Origin: Candidatus Heimdallarchaeota archaeon
Lineage (GTDB): Archaea; Asgardarchaeota; Heimdallarchaeia; Heimdallarchaeales; Heimdallarchaeaceae
Length of the DNA stretch: 64,000 nucleotides
Direction: 5' to 3'
Assembly: GCA_030603365.1 (NCBI GenBank)
Contig: JAUVXV010000014.1
Span: forward strand, 1 to 64,000
Shown: one piece after another, positions 18,352 through 28,435 of the stretch
Layout of the letters: every line of letters starts with the position of its first letter
Position numbering within the stretch: the first letter of the stretch is position 1
Position numbers and translations under genes: made by a program
Notes under the pieces: generated by a model
What the model was told of the DNA's origin: nothing
Database searches by the model: none
Seen by the model: only the letters and a program-made list of their open reading frames with translations

Positions 18352-19232
18352 CCATATTTTTTTACAGTGTTATAACAGATTTCTTCTTCTATATAATTAT
18401 CAAAATTAGATATCTCTGAACTATTTTTATACACTATAAAAACACCATTTCCTAGCATAATTTGACATACTAAGACTTCCTCATTTTCTGTTTCTTGCAT
18501 GATTTTCATGATATCAGGTGTAGCAAGATATGAGGTGACAGAAAATTGTCTAGAGATAGTAGCAAAACTTCTGATAGAAGGATTTTCATAGAATCCAGAC
18601 ATAAAAAGACGACCTACTTTATTGATTTGTTCTTTCCATTTGTCACTCCTAATAACAGATTTTGTTTCAATAGGTCCAAGGGATAGAGTTGCTACTTTGT
18701 AGGAGTTTTCAAGGATATTTTTTGCTTCACCCAGACTAGGGGAGCCTGCTTTAGTTCTATATTCCCACCCTCCTTGCAATAGACCAATAACATCTCCCAA
18801 ACCGCTTCCATTAACCACCTCTGCCTTGTGAGCTAGATTATATAGTTCTTCTTGTGAGAGATTTAACTCTAAAAATTCATTTAATGCCATAGCACAGCCA
18901 ATTGCACCCGATGCACTAGCTCCAAAACCACATGATAAAGGAACTTCAAATTCATGAAAAATTGAAAGAGGTATATCTAATTCTGAAGTAGTGCTTTTAT
19001 GTGATAGGCATTGTTTAAGAACATAATTTGTTATATTTGCTTGATCAGCTACAACCTCTTTTCCATTGAAATAGAAATGAGTTTTCTTGTCATCAGAGTT
19101 TTCTATCCATGTTGTAGTCCCCCTAGAAATTGAGAATCCAGCTCCCAATGATCCTTGTTGAAGTGGATCTGGATTTTTATCTTCAATTGTAAATATACCT
19201 GTAATGTGTGACGCAACCCAATATTTTGACAT
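18348..19232 (-). CDS. pok: Pantoate kinase (GHMP family)
   Basis: SHITGIF, GSLGAG, PLSCGFGASASG, AHKAEV..GSGLGDV, R..AGSP and IMLGNGVF. Confidence 0.93.
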   Translation of the reverse strand: MSKYWVASHITGIFTIEDKNPDPLQQGSLGAGFSISRGTTTWIENSDDKKTHFYFNGKEVVADQANITNYVLKQCLSHKSTTSELDIPLSIFHEFEVPLSCGFGASASGAIGCAMALNEFLELNLSQEELYNLAHKAEVVNGSGLGDVIGLLQGGWEYRTKAGSPSLGEAKNILENSYKVATLSLGPIETKSVIRSDKWKEQINKVGRLFMSGFYENPSIRSFATISRQFSVTSYLATPDIMKIMQETENEEVLVCQIMLGNGVFIVYKNSSEISNFDNYIEEEICYNTVKKYG

Positions 19233-19242
19233 TTTACCACTT

Positions 19243-20208
19243 CTAAAGAGATCTTAAATCGAGAATTACCTGTTCTTTTGGAACATTTCCCTCAGATATT
19301 TGCTTTACTAATTCGTTTATCTTTTCATTTGCTGGAACTTTTATTCCCTTTTCTTTTGCTATTTCTACTATTTGACCATTAAGTACATCTATTTCTGTTC
19401 TTTTTCCACCTTCTATGTCTTGTAGCATAGAAGCTTTGTGATTGTATGTTTCTTCTACTATTCTCTCAATTATTTGTATTGATTCATCAAATGTAATTGA
19501 TATTTCTTCAGGAATTATTGATAACATCTCAAGAATTACAGTCCTAATTATTCTGTTTAGAAAAGTGTCTTTTAGAACTTCTCCATTTGTTAACTGAGTA
19601 ATAGCAGCAAGAGGACCAATTGTACAATTAACAGTAGTCTTCAACCAGATTTCTTTCTGAATTTCTTTAGCAATATCAACAGATAAACCGATTTGTGTAA
19701 GAATATCTTTCCAATTGTTTATTGTTTCCTTTTCTTTAAAATTAACAGCACCTAAGATAGTATGACCAACATTAGCTTCAAATGTTTCATTCTTTTTTTC
19801 TCTATAAGCTGCAAGAGAAGTTAGAGCTCTACTTATTTTCCATTTCTCATTGGTCTTAAGGAAAGGGTTTTCGATATCTAAACCATTCTGAAATAATAAA
19901 ATCGAAGCTGTTGAGCTCAAATTTCGTTGCAAATCTTCAACAATAAGTTCATTCATCCATGATTTAGTAGTTACAATACATTTATTGAAAATACGATCTT
20001 CTGGAAGCACGTTATATATTTCGCAATTGAGCAATTTAGGACTTACATCTGTTGTTAACTTAACTCTTAAACCTTTTTTCCTAATTAATTTTGAACTTTT
20101 TACAGAAGTTAAACATACAACTTTGTATTTCTTTAAGTTTAATCTTCGATAAAGAACTGAGCCTATAGCTCCTAAACCTACAATAAGAATGGTTTTTTTG
20201 TTCTTCAC
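19243..20208 (-). CDS. panE: 2-dehydropantoate 2-reductase
   Basis: GLGAIG, FQNGL, IWLKTTVN, ASMLQD..GKRTEIDVLNG. Confidence 0.93.
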   Translation of the reverse strand: MKNKKTILIVGLGAIGSVLYRRLNLKKYKVVCLTSVKSSKLIRKKGLRVKLTTDVSPKLLNCEIYNVLPEDRIFNKCIVTTKSWMNELIVEDLQRNLSSTASILLFQNGLDIENPFLKTNEKWKISRALTSLAAYREKKNETFEANVGHTILGAVNFKEKETINNWKDILTQIGLSVDIAKEIQKEIWLKTTVNCTIGPLAAITQLTNGEVLKDTFLNRIIRTVILEMLSIIPEEISITFDESIQIIERIVEETYNHKASMLQDIEGGKRTEIDVLNGQIVEIAKEKGIKVPANEKINELVKQISEGNVPKEQVILDLRSL

Positions 20209-20316
20209 AGAGATGGAAGTGATTCATTCAATAAAAGGTTTTTCAGAGGAATATACACCAAGTGAAATTTATCTACTAGGCATAACTTTATTTTGTTTTT
20301 TTCTAACAAACTAATC

Positions 20317-21540
20317 ATGACACATCCTTCAAAAAGCATTGTAGGTTCTGACGGAAAAGAGCTAGAGGGAAAAGTTATTCTTCATTGTATAACAAGTTCC
20401 ATTTCTTGTTTTCTAGCTCCTCAAATTTCAAGAAGTTTAATGCGTCACGGTGCTAAGGTTATTCCTGTTCTTTCTCCTGAAGCTGCAAAATTCATTCATC
20501 CCATGATTTTTGAATGGGCAACTGGAGAGATACCTATCACAAAAATAGAGGGTAAAATAGAACATGTTATGTTTGCAGGATTATCAGAGAATAAAGTTGA
20601 TCTAATACTAATTGCTCCAATTACTGCTAACTCAATTTCGAAAATAGCTAATGGAATAATGGATACTGTTGTCACATTAATAGCTGGAACAGCTCTAGGA
20701 ACTGCAATTCCTATGCTAATGGTACCTACAATGCATGAAGTGATGATGTGCAATCCAGCTGTCAAAGAGAATATTAGTAAATTGGAAAATAATGGAGTGC
20801 AGATACTGTATCCTAGGGTTGAGGAAGAAAAAGCAAAAATTCCAGAAACTGAAGAGATTATTGATTTCTGTATAAGAATTTTAAGTAAACCTGATCTGAA
20901 AGACAAGAAAATCCTAGTTACAGCAGGACCTACACGAGCATATATAGATGGTATCAGATTTATTAGCAATCCGTCCTCAGGGAAGATGGGTTATGCAATT
21001 GCTCTAGAAGCTTGGAGGAGAGGAGGGGATGTGAAGCTTGTCTATGGAGCTTCAATGCTGAAACCAGCACCAGTTCTAAAAAATAGTGTGAAAACTACTA
21101 CTGCTGATGAAATGGTTTCAGAGGTAGTTAAATCAATCCAAGAAGAAAAATATGATTATGTGATTCTAGCTGCAGCGATGAATGATTTTGCTCCGGAGGA
21201 ATATAAGAACGAAAAACTATCCTCCGCAGAGAAAATCGATTTGTCACTAGTTCCAACAGAGAAACTTGCAGACCAAATCAAGACCCTTTCTCCAACTACA
21301 AAATTAATCCTGTTCAAAGCTGAGTATCAAAAAACATATGACGAATTAATAGATATTGCTGTTAGAAGGTTGCATAAAGCCAATGCTGATTATATTATTG
21401 CAAATGACATCTCTTCAACGGAATATGGTTTTGAGAGCGATATGAACAAAATTACTGTTATTGATTCCAAAGATAAAAGAGATAGCATGGAAGGAACAAA
21501 GAAAGATCTTGCCAAGCGAATATTTGATATCATTATATAA
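20317..21540 (+). CDS. coaBC: Bifunctional phosphopantothenoylcysteine decarboxylase/synthase
   Basis: APITANSISKIANGI.D, PTMHEVM, VTAGPT..YIDGIRFISNPSSGKMG, FKAE and IIANDI. ATG at 20317 preferred. Confidence 0.96.
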   Translation: MTHPSKSIVGSDGKELEGKVILHCITSSISCFLAPQISRSLMRHGAKVIPVLSPEAAKFIHPMIFEWATGEIPITKIEGKIEHVMFAGLSENKVDLILIAPITANSISKIANGIMDTVVTLIAGTALGTAIPMLMVPTMHEVMMCNPAVKENISKLENNGVQILYPRVEEEKAKIPETEEIIDFCIRILSKPDLKDKKILVTAGPTRAYIDGIRFISNPSSGKMGYAIALEAWRRGGDVKLVYGASMLKPAPVLKNSVKTTTADEMVSEVVKSIQEEKYDYVILAAAMNDFAPEEYKNEKLSSAEKIDLSLVPTEKLADQIKTLSPTTKLILFKAEYQKTYDELIDIAVRRLHKANADYIIANDISSTEYGFESDMNKITVIDSKDKRDSMEGTKKDLAKRIFDIII

Positions 21541-21605
21541 ACAGAGTAATGTGAAATTATTGCTTAAAAACTATAAAAATAAAAAAATATGAAAGTAAAG
21601 AGAGA

Positions 21606-22088
21606 TTACTCTGCTCTTTTAACATGATGATCAAAATTAAAATCGTTCTTATATCCCTTATACTTGTCAATAAGAGTACTAGCGTTATCCTCTTCTTCGA
21701 CTTGCTCTTCAATGAACCATTGTAATAGATGGTAAGAACTGTATTCTTTAAGTTCTTGTGCAAGATCATATAATTCTATGATTTTGTCTGTGATATACTT
21801 CTCATGCTCTAGAGTTGTTTCAACAATTTCCATGATATTGTTCCAATCTTGTTTTTGTTCAGCTAAAGCTTGATAATGAACGGTTCCACCTCTTTCAAGT
21901 ATGTGAGCTTTAAACTTCATTGCATGACTGAATTCTTCTTGGGCTTGTTTGTTAAACCACAAAGCTAGATTGTCGAGACTTCTCTCCTCAAACCAAGCAG
22001 CCATTCCTAAATAAATATAACCCGATTCTAATTCTTTTCTAATTTGATTATTGAATGCTTCATTCAATTTTTCACTGATATTTGTCAT
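21606..22088 (-). CDS. ftnA: Ferritin (non-heme)
   Basis: NNQIRKELESGYIY, QAQEEFSHAMK, EHEKYIT and WFIEEQVEEE ferroxidase motifs. Confidence 0.95.
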   Translation of the reverse strand: MTNISEKLNEAFNNQIRKELESGYIYLGMAAWFEERSLDNLALWFNKQAQEEFSHAMKFKAHILERGGTVHYQALAEQKQDWNNIMEIVETTLEHEKYITDKIIELYDLAQELKEYSSYHLLQWFIEEQVEEEDNASTLIDKYKGYKNDFNFDHHVKRAE

Positions 22089-22223
22089 TTTATAATCACT
22101 TGAAATTATTATTTAAATAGATAATCAAGCAATTCTTTTTAAGTTTAATCGTTTGTGCATTTTTTACACACACTATTTTTGCTTAATGAAAATCTTTTTA
22201 CAGTAAATCTTCGGAAGTAACTT

Positions 22224-22445
22224 ATGGTAGTTGTAAAAGAGACCAAAATCAAATGTCCTAATTGTGGAAATGAGGAAACAGTAGAAATGCCAGATTATGT
22301 ATGCGTTAGGATATACAAATGCCCACAATGTGATGAGGTTTTCAAACCAAAAGAAGGAGATTGTTGTGTATACTGCAGCTATGCAGAGGATGATTGTCCA
22401 GCAAAACAATTGAATAAGGATCGTGGCGATCAACTTAAGTTATAA
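22224..22445 (+). CDS. Small Cys-rich GDCCVxC-domain metal-binding protein
   Basis: CPNCG..E...MP..C...YKCPQC...KPKEGDCCVYCSY...CP. Confidence 0.88.
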   Translation: MVVVKETKIKCPNCGNEETVEMPDYVCVRIYKCPQCDEVFKPKEGDCCVYCSYAEDDCPAKQLNKDRGDQLKL

Positions 22446-22890
22446 TCGTGGCTGAAAAATCAAATTTGAATTCTTCAGGCAGATATTCTTTGAGATTTCG
22501 AAGATTTTCAAACATTTGATGAAAATGTTTTAGATCAGGAAGATCTAGAGCTTCTTCTAGGGAAATCCACTTGTATTCTGAATGTTCCCAAGTTAGTTTT
22601 ACTTCACCTTCTAGATATTTGCAATAATAAGCAATGAAAACCATAGGAAATTCTTTTCCACCTCTGTAAAAGAAACCAGTGTCAAGAGGAAGAATTACTT
22701 CAACCTTCAAACCTGTTTCTTCATTAACTTCTCTTAATATTCCATCAATGGGAGATTCATCTTTTTCCAATCTACCAGTTACAGTTTCCCATGCTTCGGG
22801 TTCAAAATCTCTCTCTTTTGTTCTTTTTAAAACTAGAAACTTACCTTTTTTTTCGATAACAGCAGCCATACCTACATAGACTTGTTTCAT
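22435..22890 (-). CDS. NUDIX hydrolase
   Basis: Nudix box GRLEKDESPIDGILREVNEETGL; EHSEYKWI. Confidence 0.92.
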   Translation of the reverse strand: MKQVYVGMAAVIEKKGKFLVLKRTKERDFEPEAWETVTGRLEKDESPIDGILREVNEETGLKVEVILPLDTGFFYRGGKEFPMVFIAYYCKYLEGEVKLTWEHSEYKWISLEEALDLPDLKHFHQMFENLRNLKEYLPEEFKFDFSATIIT

Positions 22891-22971
22891 AGTCTAAAGA
22901 AATACAACTTTTATTTTAAATTAACCCCAAAGACAATATGAAAGAGTTATAAATATAAACTCTTCAAGTGA

Positions 22972-23847
22972 ATGCATCACATGAGTGGAATCGATAAAGA
23001 TTTTGTCATTAAAGATAAACAAACCATTAAGGAGTATTCTTTAAACCAAATAAAGAACAAGGTTCTGTATGGTGATGCTTTAGAGATATTGAAAAAAATA
23101 CCTGCCAACTCAGCTGATTTGGTATTTTTGGATCCACCTTACTTTTTACAGCTTCCAAAAAAACAGCTCAAACGCTGGAATGTAAAAACAGATGTTGAAG
23201 GTGTAGATGATTATTGGGATAAATTTGAATCTTTTGAAGAATATGATGATTTCATAAAAACAATTCTAGAACAGGTAAAACGCATTATGAAAGAAAATGC
23301 AACCGTTTGGATTATCTCAACATATCACAGTATTTTTCGTATTGGAAAGATTATGCAAGATATTGGTTACTGGTTGTTATCGAACGTAATTTGGTTAAAA
23401 TCGAATCCAATGCCTAATTGGTTAGGAGTCAGATTTACTAATGCTACTGAAACCTTAATCTGGGCAGTTAAAAATAAAGATTCTAAAAAGTATACATTCA
23501 AAAAAGACCTAGCAAAAGAATATGGTATCGGAAAGGTAGGAGCTAATGTATGGATTATTCCTCTTTGTACTGGAAAAGAGCGCCTAAAAGATGAGGAAGG
23601 TAAGAAGATACATTCAACTCAAAAACCATTAGAGCTTCTTAAGAGAATAATAGAAATCACAACTAATGAAGGAGATATAGTTTTTGACCCAATGGCTGGA
23701 TTGGGAACAACTGGTTATGCAGCAACAGCTTTGAACAGAGATTTCATCATGATTGAAAAGGAGAAAAAATACATTGGTGAAATAAGAAAAAGATTTAGTC
23801 AAAAACCAGTTTTACAAGAAAAGAAGATAAAGAAAGAAATTGAATGA
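22972..23847 (+). CDS. Orphan beta-class adenine DNA methyltransferase, CcrM/M.HinfI-like
   Basis: DPPY precedes FDPMAGLGTT (beta order). Contains WLKSNPMPNWLGVRFTNATETLIWA and WIIPLCTGKERLKDEEGKKIHSTQKP. Confidence 0.92.
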   Translation: MHHMSGIDKDFVIKDKQTIKEYSLNQIKNKVLYGDALEILKKIPANSADLVFLDPPYFLQLPKKQLKRWNVKTDVEGVDDYWDKFESFEEYDDFIKTILEQVKRIMKENATVWIISTYHSIFRIGKIMQDIGYWLLSNVIWLKSNPMPNWLGVRFTNATETLIWAVKNKDSKKYTFKKDLAKEYGIGKVGANVWIIPLCTGKERLKDEEGKKIHSTQKPLELLKRIIEITTNEGDIVFDPMAGLGTTGYAATALNRDFIMIEKEKKYIGEIRKRFSQKPVLQEKKIKKEIE

Positions 23848-23852
23848 TTCAA

Positions 23853-25862
23853 TCAAGATTTAAACTTATTAAACCACCCAACAATCTTTTCAAGTCTATC
23901 CTTCACGTGTTTGGGTTTACCAGACCTACTTAATTCATGACCTTCTTCAGGATATCTTATTAATTCAGCTTCTATTCCTAGTTTTACTAGGGAAGCAAAA
24001 TACTCTTCACCTTGTGAAATTGGAACTCTGAAATCGCATTCAGAATGAATCACTCTTGTTGGGCATTTGACTTTATTAACATAAGAAATAGGTGATAATT
24101 TCCACATTTGATCCAAATCTTCCCATGGGAAAGCACCAATTTCATCCTTTGTAAATTGAGTGATATCTGTTGTACTCCAGAAACTTACCAAGTTGTATAC
24201 ACCACGTTGAGGAACTGCTGCTTTAAAACGATCATCATTCCCAATAATCCAAGCAGTCATGTAACCACCATATGAACCACCAGTAATAAAGAGATTATCC
24301 TTGTCAATGTAGCCTTTGTCAATTACTTGATCAACACCTTTCAAAATATCTTGTTCAGGTTCAGTACCCCAGTTTTGAACAACATATCTGAAATCATATC
24401 CTCTACCGCTCGAACCTTGAGGATTACAATAGAATATGACATAATCATGTGACGCAAGATGTTGATATTCAAACCACATAGAACGTTCAAAAGGACTCCA
24501 TGTTGTATGCGGTCCACCATGAATTTCAAGAACTAGAGGGTATTTCTTGTTCTCATCAAATCCAGGTGGTTTAACAATCCAACCTTGTATTTCTTTATCA
24601 TTGAATCCTTTGTATCTAATTTCTTCTGTTTCTGCTAAAATTCTCTCCTTGAGAAGATTTTCATTCGATTTCCATAGAGTCTTAAGTTCTTTGTAAATAA
24701 AATCATATACTTGTAAAACACCTATATCATCCTGTGTAGATACATTCATCGAAATAATTCCTTGGGTGCTATCTACATCAAAGGAGTTGATAAGTGAATC
24801 ACCCATATAGATCTTTTCGAGTGTTTCTCTTTCAATATTATATCTATAAACTGCATTTCTATCCCATTCATCTGATATAAAATAGAGGTAAGTGGATTCT
24901 GCATCAAATATTGGTGAAAATGCATGATTATCTATGGTTTCAGTAACCCATTTCTCTAACTTTGTAGAGGTGTTGTATAAAGTCAAATGACTGTTCTCTG
25001 TAGTAGGAACTTCTAGGTTTTGAATAGTACTGTATACAAGCCAAGTTCCATCTGGAGAGAGTTTAATATCAGGACCAAATCCATAAGCAACTTTGAGAAG
25101 CTTTTCTTCTTTGTTTTCTAAATTGATTTCAAGAATTTCATATTCATACAAATCATTTATTGGTCCTTTTTCCTTATACTTCTCTGCATAAATCATTGCA
25201 TTATTTATACCCATAGTAGGTGTTGAATAATTGAGAGAACCACTTGTAATTCTTGTTATTTCCTTAGATTCTAAATCTAGAAGATAAATTTGACTGGTTC
25301 TGTCATCAAGAAAAGATGTTCCTTTTCTATAAACAATTTTTGAGATTACTCTAGGATCAATTTTTTCTTGTTCCTTTTCTTGTTTTTCGAGTTTCTTAAT
25401 CTTAATATCTAATTCTGTAGGCTTATCATTCTTGTTATTTTTCTTTTTATCTTCTTCTTCTTGTTCTTCAGTATTAACTCGGTGTGTGAATACTATTTTG
25501 GTTCCATCCAATGACCAGTTGAAATTACCAACACCGTCAGTTACATCAGTAAATCTGAGAGCTTCTCCACCGTCAACAGGCATTATGAAAATCTGAGGTT
25601 TTGCCTTTTCATCGCCTCTAGAAGAAAGAAATGCAATCCTATCTTTCTGTGGTGATAGCTTCATATTCTTATCTTGTGATAAACCAATTGTAAATTGGAG
25701 AGGTTCATTATCTACAATTTTGTAAATTGCTGAATTGTATTTATTCTCCTTTTGATTCATTTTTTGCTCTTCAAATAGAATAGTTCTATCTGGTAGAATC
25801 TTAGTATTATTTATTTGCTTAAGTAAAAACAAATCATCAATTTGAAATTTCTTTTTTTCCAT
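23853..25862 (-). CDS. S9 family peptidase (acylaminoacyl/dipeptidyl peptidase)
   Basis: Beta-propeller, YPLVLEIHGGP, GGSYGG, D.RVP and YPEEGHELSRSG. Confidence 0.95.
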   Translation of the reverse strand: MEKKKFQIDDLFLLKQINNTKILPDRTILFEEQKMNQKENKYNSAIYKIVDNEPLQFTIGLSQDKNMKLSPQKDRIAFLSSRGDEKAKPQIFIMPVDGGEALRFTDVTDGVGNFNWSLDGTKIVFTHRVNTEEQEEEDKKKNNKNDKPTELDIKIKKLEKQEKEQEKIDPRVISKIVYRKGTSFLDDRTSQIYLLDLESKEITRITSGSLNYSTPTMGINNAMIYAEKYKEKGPINDLYEYEILEINLENKEEKLLKVAYGFGPDIKLSPDGTWLVYSTIQNLEVPTTENSHLTLYNTSTKLEKWVTETIDNHAFSPIFDAESTYLYFISDEWDRNAVYRYNIERETLEKIYMGDSLINSFDVDSTQGIISMNVSTQDDIGVLQVYDFIYKELKTLWKSNENLLKERILAETEEIRYKGFNDKEIQGWIVKPPGFDENKKYPLVLEIHGGPHTTWSPFERSMWFEYQHLASHDYVIFYCNPQGSSGRGYDFRYVVQNWGTEPEQDILKGVDQVIDKGYIDKDNLFITGGSYGGYMTAWIIGNDDRFKAAVPQRGVYNLVSFWSTTDITQFTKDEIGAFPWEDLDQMWKLSPISYVNKVKCPTRVIHSECDFRVPISQGEEYFASLVKLGIEAELIRYPEEGHELSRSGKPKHVKDRLEKIVGWFNKFKS

Positions 25863-26010
25863 TTAGAAGTCACTTCATGATTTTGTAAGAACCAAATTTA
25901 CAATTTAATAATCTTTTCATGAAACTAAGACTGGAATACACGAAAAGTGCTTTAACTTGACAGTGGAAGTTTTATATACTAAAAATAGATTATAGATGGC
26001 TTGAAAACAA

Positions 26011-28386
26011 ATGGTTTTCATTGAGAAATTTCACAAATTCTTAGAAAAATACAAAATTGCTATTATAGTGTTTTGGATTGTGATTCTTGGAGTTGGAGTG
26101 TGGTTAGGACCACGATTTCTAGATGAAACTTCTTCAAATTTTGAAGCACCGGAGGATTCGCCAAGTGCTATTGCTGATAGTATTCTAGCTGAAGAGTTCC
26201 CAAAATATATGAATCAAACAAGTGCAGTTATAATCCTAAGAATGAAGAATGAAAATGAGAGTATTATTAATTCGCAAACTGAAGGTTTTTGTTCTGATAT
26301 AGTTGATGACATATACGATTCAGAGTTTGATGAGTATATTGTTTCAATATTAAATTATTATATTTTAGTAGATGCAAATCTTAGTTCTTATGCATCGGCT
26401 TTGGTTTCAACAGAAGAAAGATCAATGATTGTTAATATCGAATTTGAATATGAGGAAGAAGGAAATACCTTAGGTTCCTTTATTGAATTTCTAAGAAAGG
26501 AAATTGAAGAATTGCACACCTCCGAAGAATTTGTTGTTTATTTAACAGGTTTTTATGTCATGTATATTGACATGCAAGAAGCTACAGCTGAAGATCTAAC
26601 CAAAATGGACATGATAGTATTACCAATTGCTTTAGTAGTCCTTGCCTTCGTACTTAGAAGTTTGAAATTGATGATAATACCTATTGCTTCTATGGGGATT
26701 AGCATTTTAACTTCTTTTCTAATTATGTATCCTCTCGCTTTAGTTTGGGATATCTTCTCTTTCGTTCCGAGTATAATGATGTCACTTGTAATCGCTCTTT
26801 CTATCGACTATTCGCTATTCTTGCTTACTAGATATAGAGAAGAAATTATGAAAAATAAATCAGTTTCAGAATCTGTCTTACTTATGAGTAAGAATGCTGG
26901 ACATACAATAACTGTATCTGGGATCATTCTGATTGTCTGTTACTCAGGGTTAATTTTCTTCCCATTAGAACTACTTTCAACTATTGGTCTTGGAGCAGCA
27001 ATAACTATTACGATAACACTTGCGGTAAATCTTACATTTACTCCTGCTATACTAATGACTTTTAGTAAGTTCTTCAAGAAATTTAGTTTGTATAAGAAAT
27101 TAACAAAGAAAAAACAAGGAGATACATCAGACATAAAAAAAATAGAAATTGAAAGTCAATTGAAAAGTATCTGGTACAAAATAGGTAAATTTTCTACAAA
27201 GTATGCTCCATTTCTAATAGTTGGAATTGTAATTATCGCAATACCTGTTTCAATACAAGTTTTTAAATTTCAACGTTCAATTGATTTCCTACAAATTCTA
27301 CCGAGGGGTTCGGATTCGGATTTAGCTTATACAGCATTCAAAGAGGATTTCAGTCCAGGGCAGATGCTACCATTTCATCTCATAATTAAAACGAATCAGA
27401 CTAACGGAATTCAAAATACAGAATTCTTTAGTAATTCAATAGCAATCTTAGAAAAACTAGCAACGGAAACAGCTGTGGATGCAGAAAGTTTCACGTCAAT
27501 TGTTAGTTTGGCTGGAATCTATATACCATTTGTTTATGCTCGAAAATTCTTAAACAATACATATCCTGAATATTATACTTCAGAAGGAGCAATGTATAGA
27601 GAGATTTTCAATCTTAATACTAACAGTGATAATTCAACAACATCTATTAACATAAATACACCATTCGACCCATGGGGAGACGATGCAGAAGGATGGGTAA
27701 AGGAGACAAGAACTATTCTAGAAGAAGTAAATGAAGAATATGGCTATGAGCTTTATCTTGCAGCTGGTTCAGCGTTTATGATAGATGCAATAGATGCAGT
27801 TTATGAGTTATTCCCAATTATGATTGTCGTAACAATAGCGGTAGTTTATATTGTTATAGCACTAATGTTTCGTTCAGTATTTATACCCCTCAGACTGATA
27901 ATTACGATAGGATTAACACTGTCTTGGATCTATGGATTAAGTATTCTAGTTTTTGAAACAACGGCATTTCATGGAATGTTTCCTGCATTACAAAGAGTGA
28001 CATCGATCTATTGGCTTGTTCCGATAATGGCATTCACAATACTAATTGGTTTAGGATTAGATTATGATATCTTCCTGCTCTCTAGAATTTCTGAATACAG
28101 AGATAAAGGTTTTACGGAAAAAGCATCTATACACAAAGGGCTTTACAAAACGGGTAATGTAATCTCTTTTGCAGGTATTATTATGGCAATAGCTTTTAGT
28201 GGATTACTGCTTTCCAAAGAAATGGTACTGAATCAATTCGGTTTTATGCTTTGTATAGCTGTACTAATTGATACTTTCATTATTCGAACTATTCTTGTTC
28301 CAGCCATTATGGCTCTGGCTGAGAAATGGAATTGGTGGCCGAAGAAGGTTCCTGAACCTACAAAAACGGAAATGGATTTTGAATGA
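26011..28386 (+). CDS. MMPL/RND-family membrane transporter
   Basis: Two MMPL repeats; ALSIDYSLFLLTRYREE, GLGLDYDIFLLSRISE and DTFIIRTILVPA. Confidence 0.93.
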   Translation: MVFIEKFHKFLEKYKIAIIVFWIVILGVGVWLGPRFLDETSSNFEAPEDSPSAIADSILAEEFPKYMNQTSAVIILRMKNENESIINSQTEGFCSDIVDDIYDSEFDEYIVSILNYYILVDANLSSYASALVSTEERSMIVNIEFEYEEEGNTLGSFIEFLRKEIEELHTSEEFVVYLTGFYVMYIDMQEATAEDLTKMDMIVLPIALVVLAFVLRSLKLMIIPIASMGISILTSFLIMYPLALVWDIFSFVPSIMMSLVIALSIDYSLFLLTRYREEIMKNKSVSESVLLMSKNAGHTITVSGIILIVCYSGLIFFPLELLSTIGLGAAITITITLAVNLTFTPAILMTFSKFFKKFSLYKKLTKKKQGDTSDIKKIEIESQLKSIWYKIGKFSTKYAPFLIVGIVIIAIPVSIQVFKFQRSIDFLQILPRGSDSDLAYTAFKEDFSPGQMLPFHLIIKTNQTNGIQNTEFFSNSIAILEKLATETAVDAESFTSIVSLAGIYIPFVYARKFLNNTYPEYYTSEGAMYREIFNLNTNSDNSTTSININTPFDPWGDDAEGWVKETRTILEEVNEEYGYELYLAAGSAFMIDAIDAVYELFPIMIVVTIAVVYIVIALMFRSVFIPLRLIITIGLTLSWIYGLSILVFETTAFHGMFPALQRVTSIYWLVPIMAFTILIGLGLDYDIFLLSRISEYRDKGFTEKASIHKGLYKTGNVISFAGIIMAIAFSGLLLSKEMVLNQFGFMLCIAVLIDTFIIRTILVPAIMALAEKWNWWPKKVPEPTKTEMDFE

Positions 28387-28435
28387 ATACAATAATAATC
28401 TCCGAAACAGATTTAAACCATGGTTGATAGTACAT

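Noticed and set aside
22224-22445. Selenoprotein (the GDCCVxC family has Sec members)
   Set aside because: All positions are Cys codons, with no in-frame TGA.
22972-23847. Complete restriction-modification system
   Set aside because: There is no adjacent endonuclease or specificity gene.
28268-28435. N-terminal extension of the 28268-29209 ORF
   Set aside because: It overlaps the MMPL gene; ATG 28436 gives a proper signal peptide.
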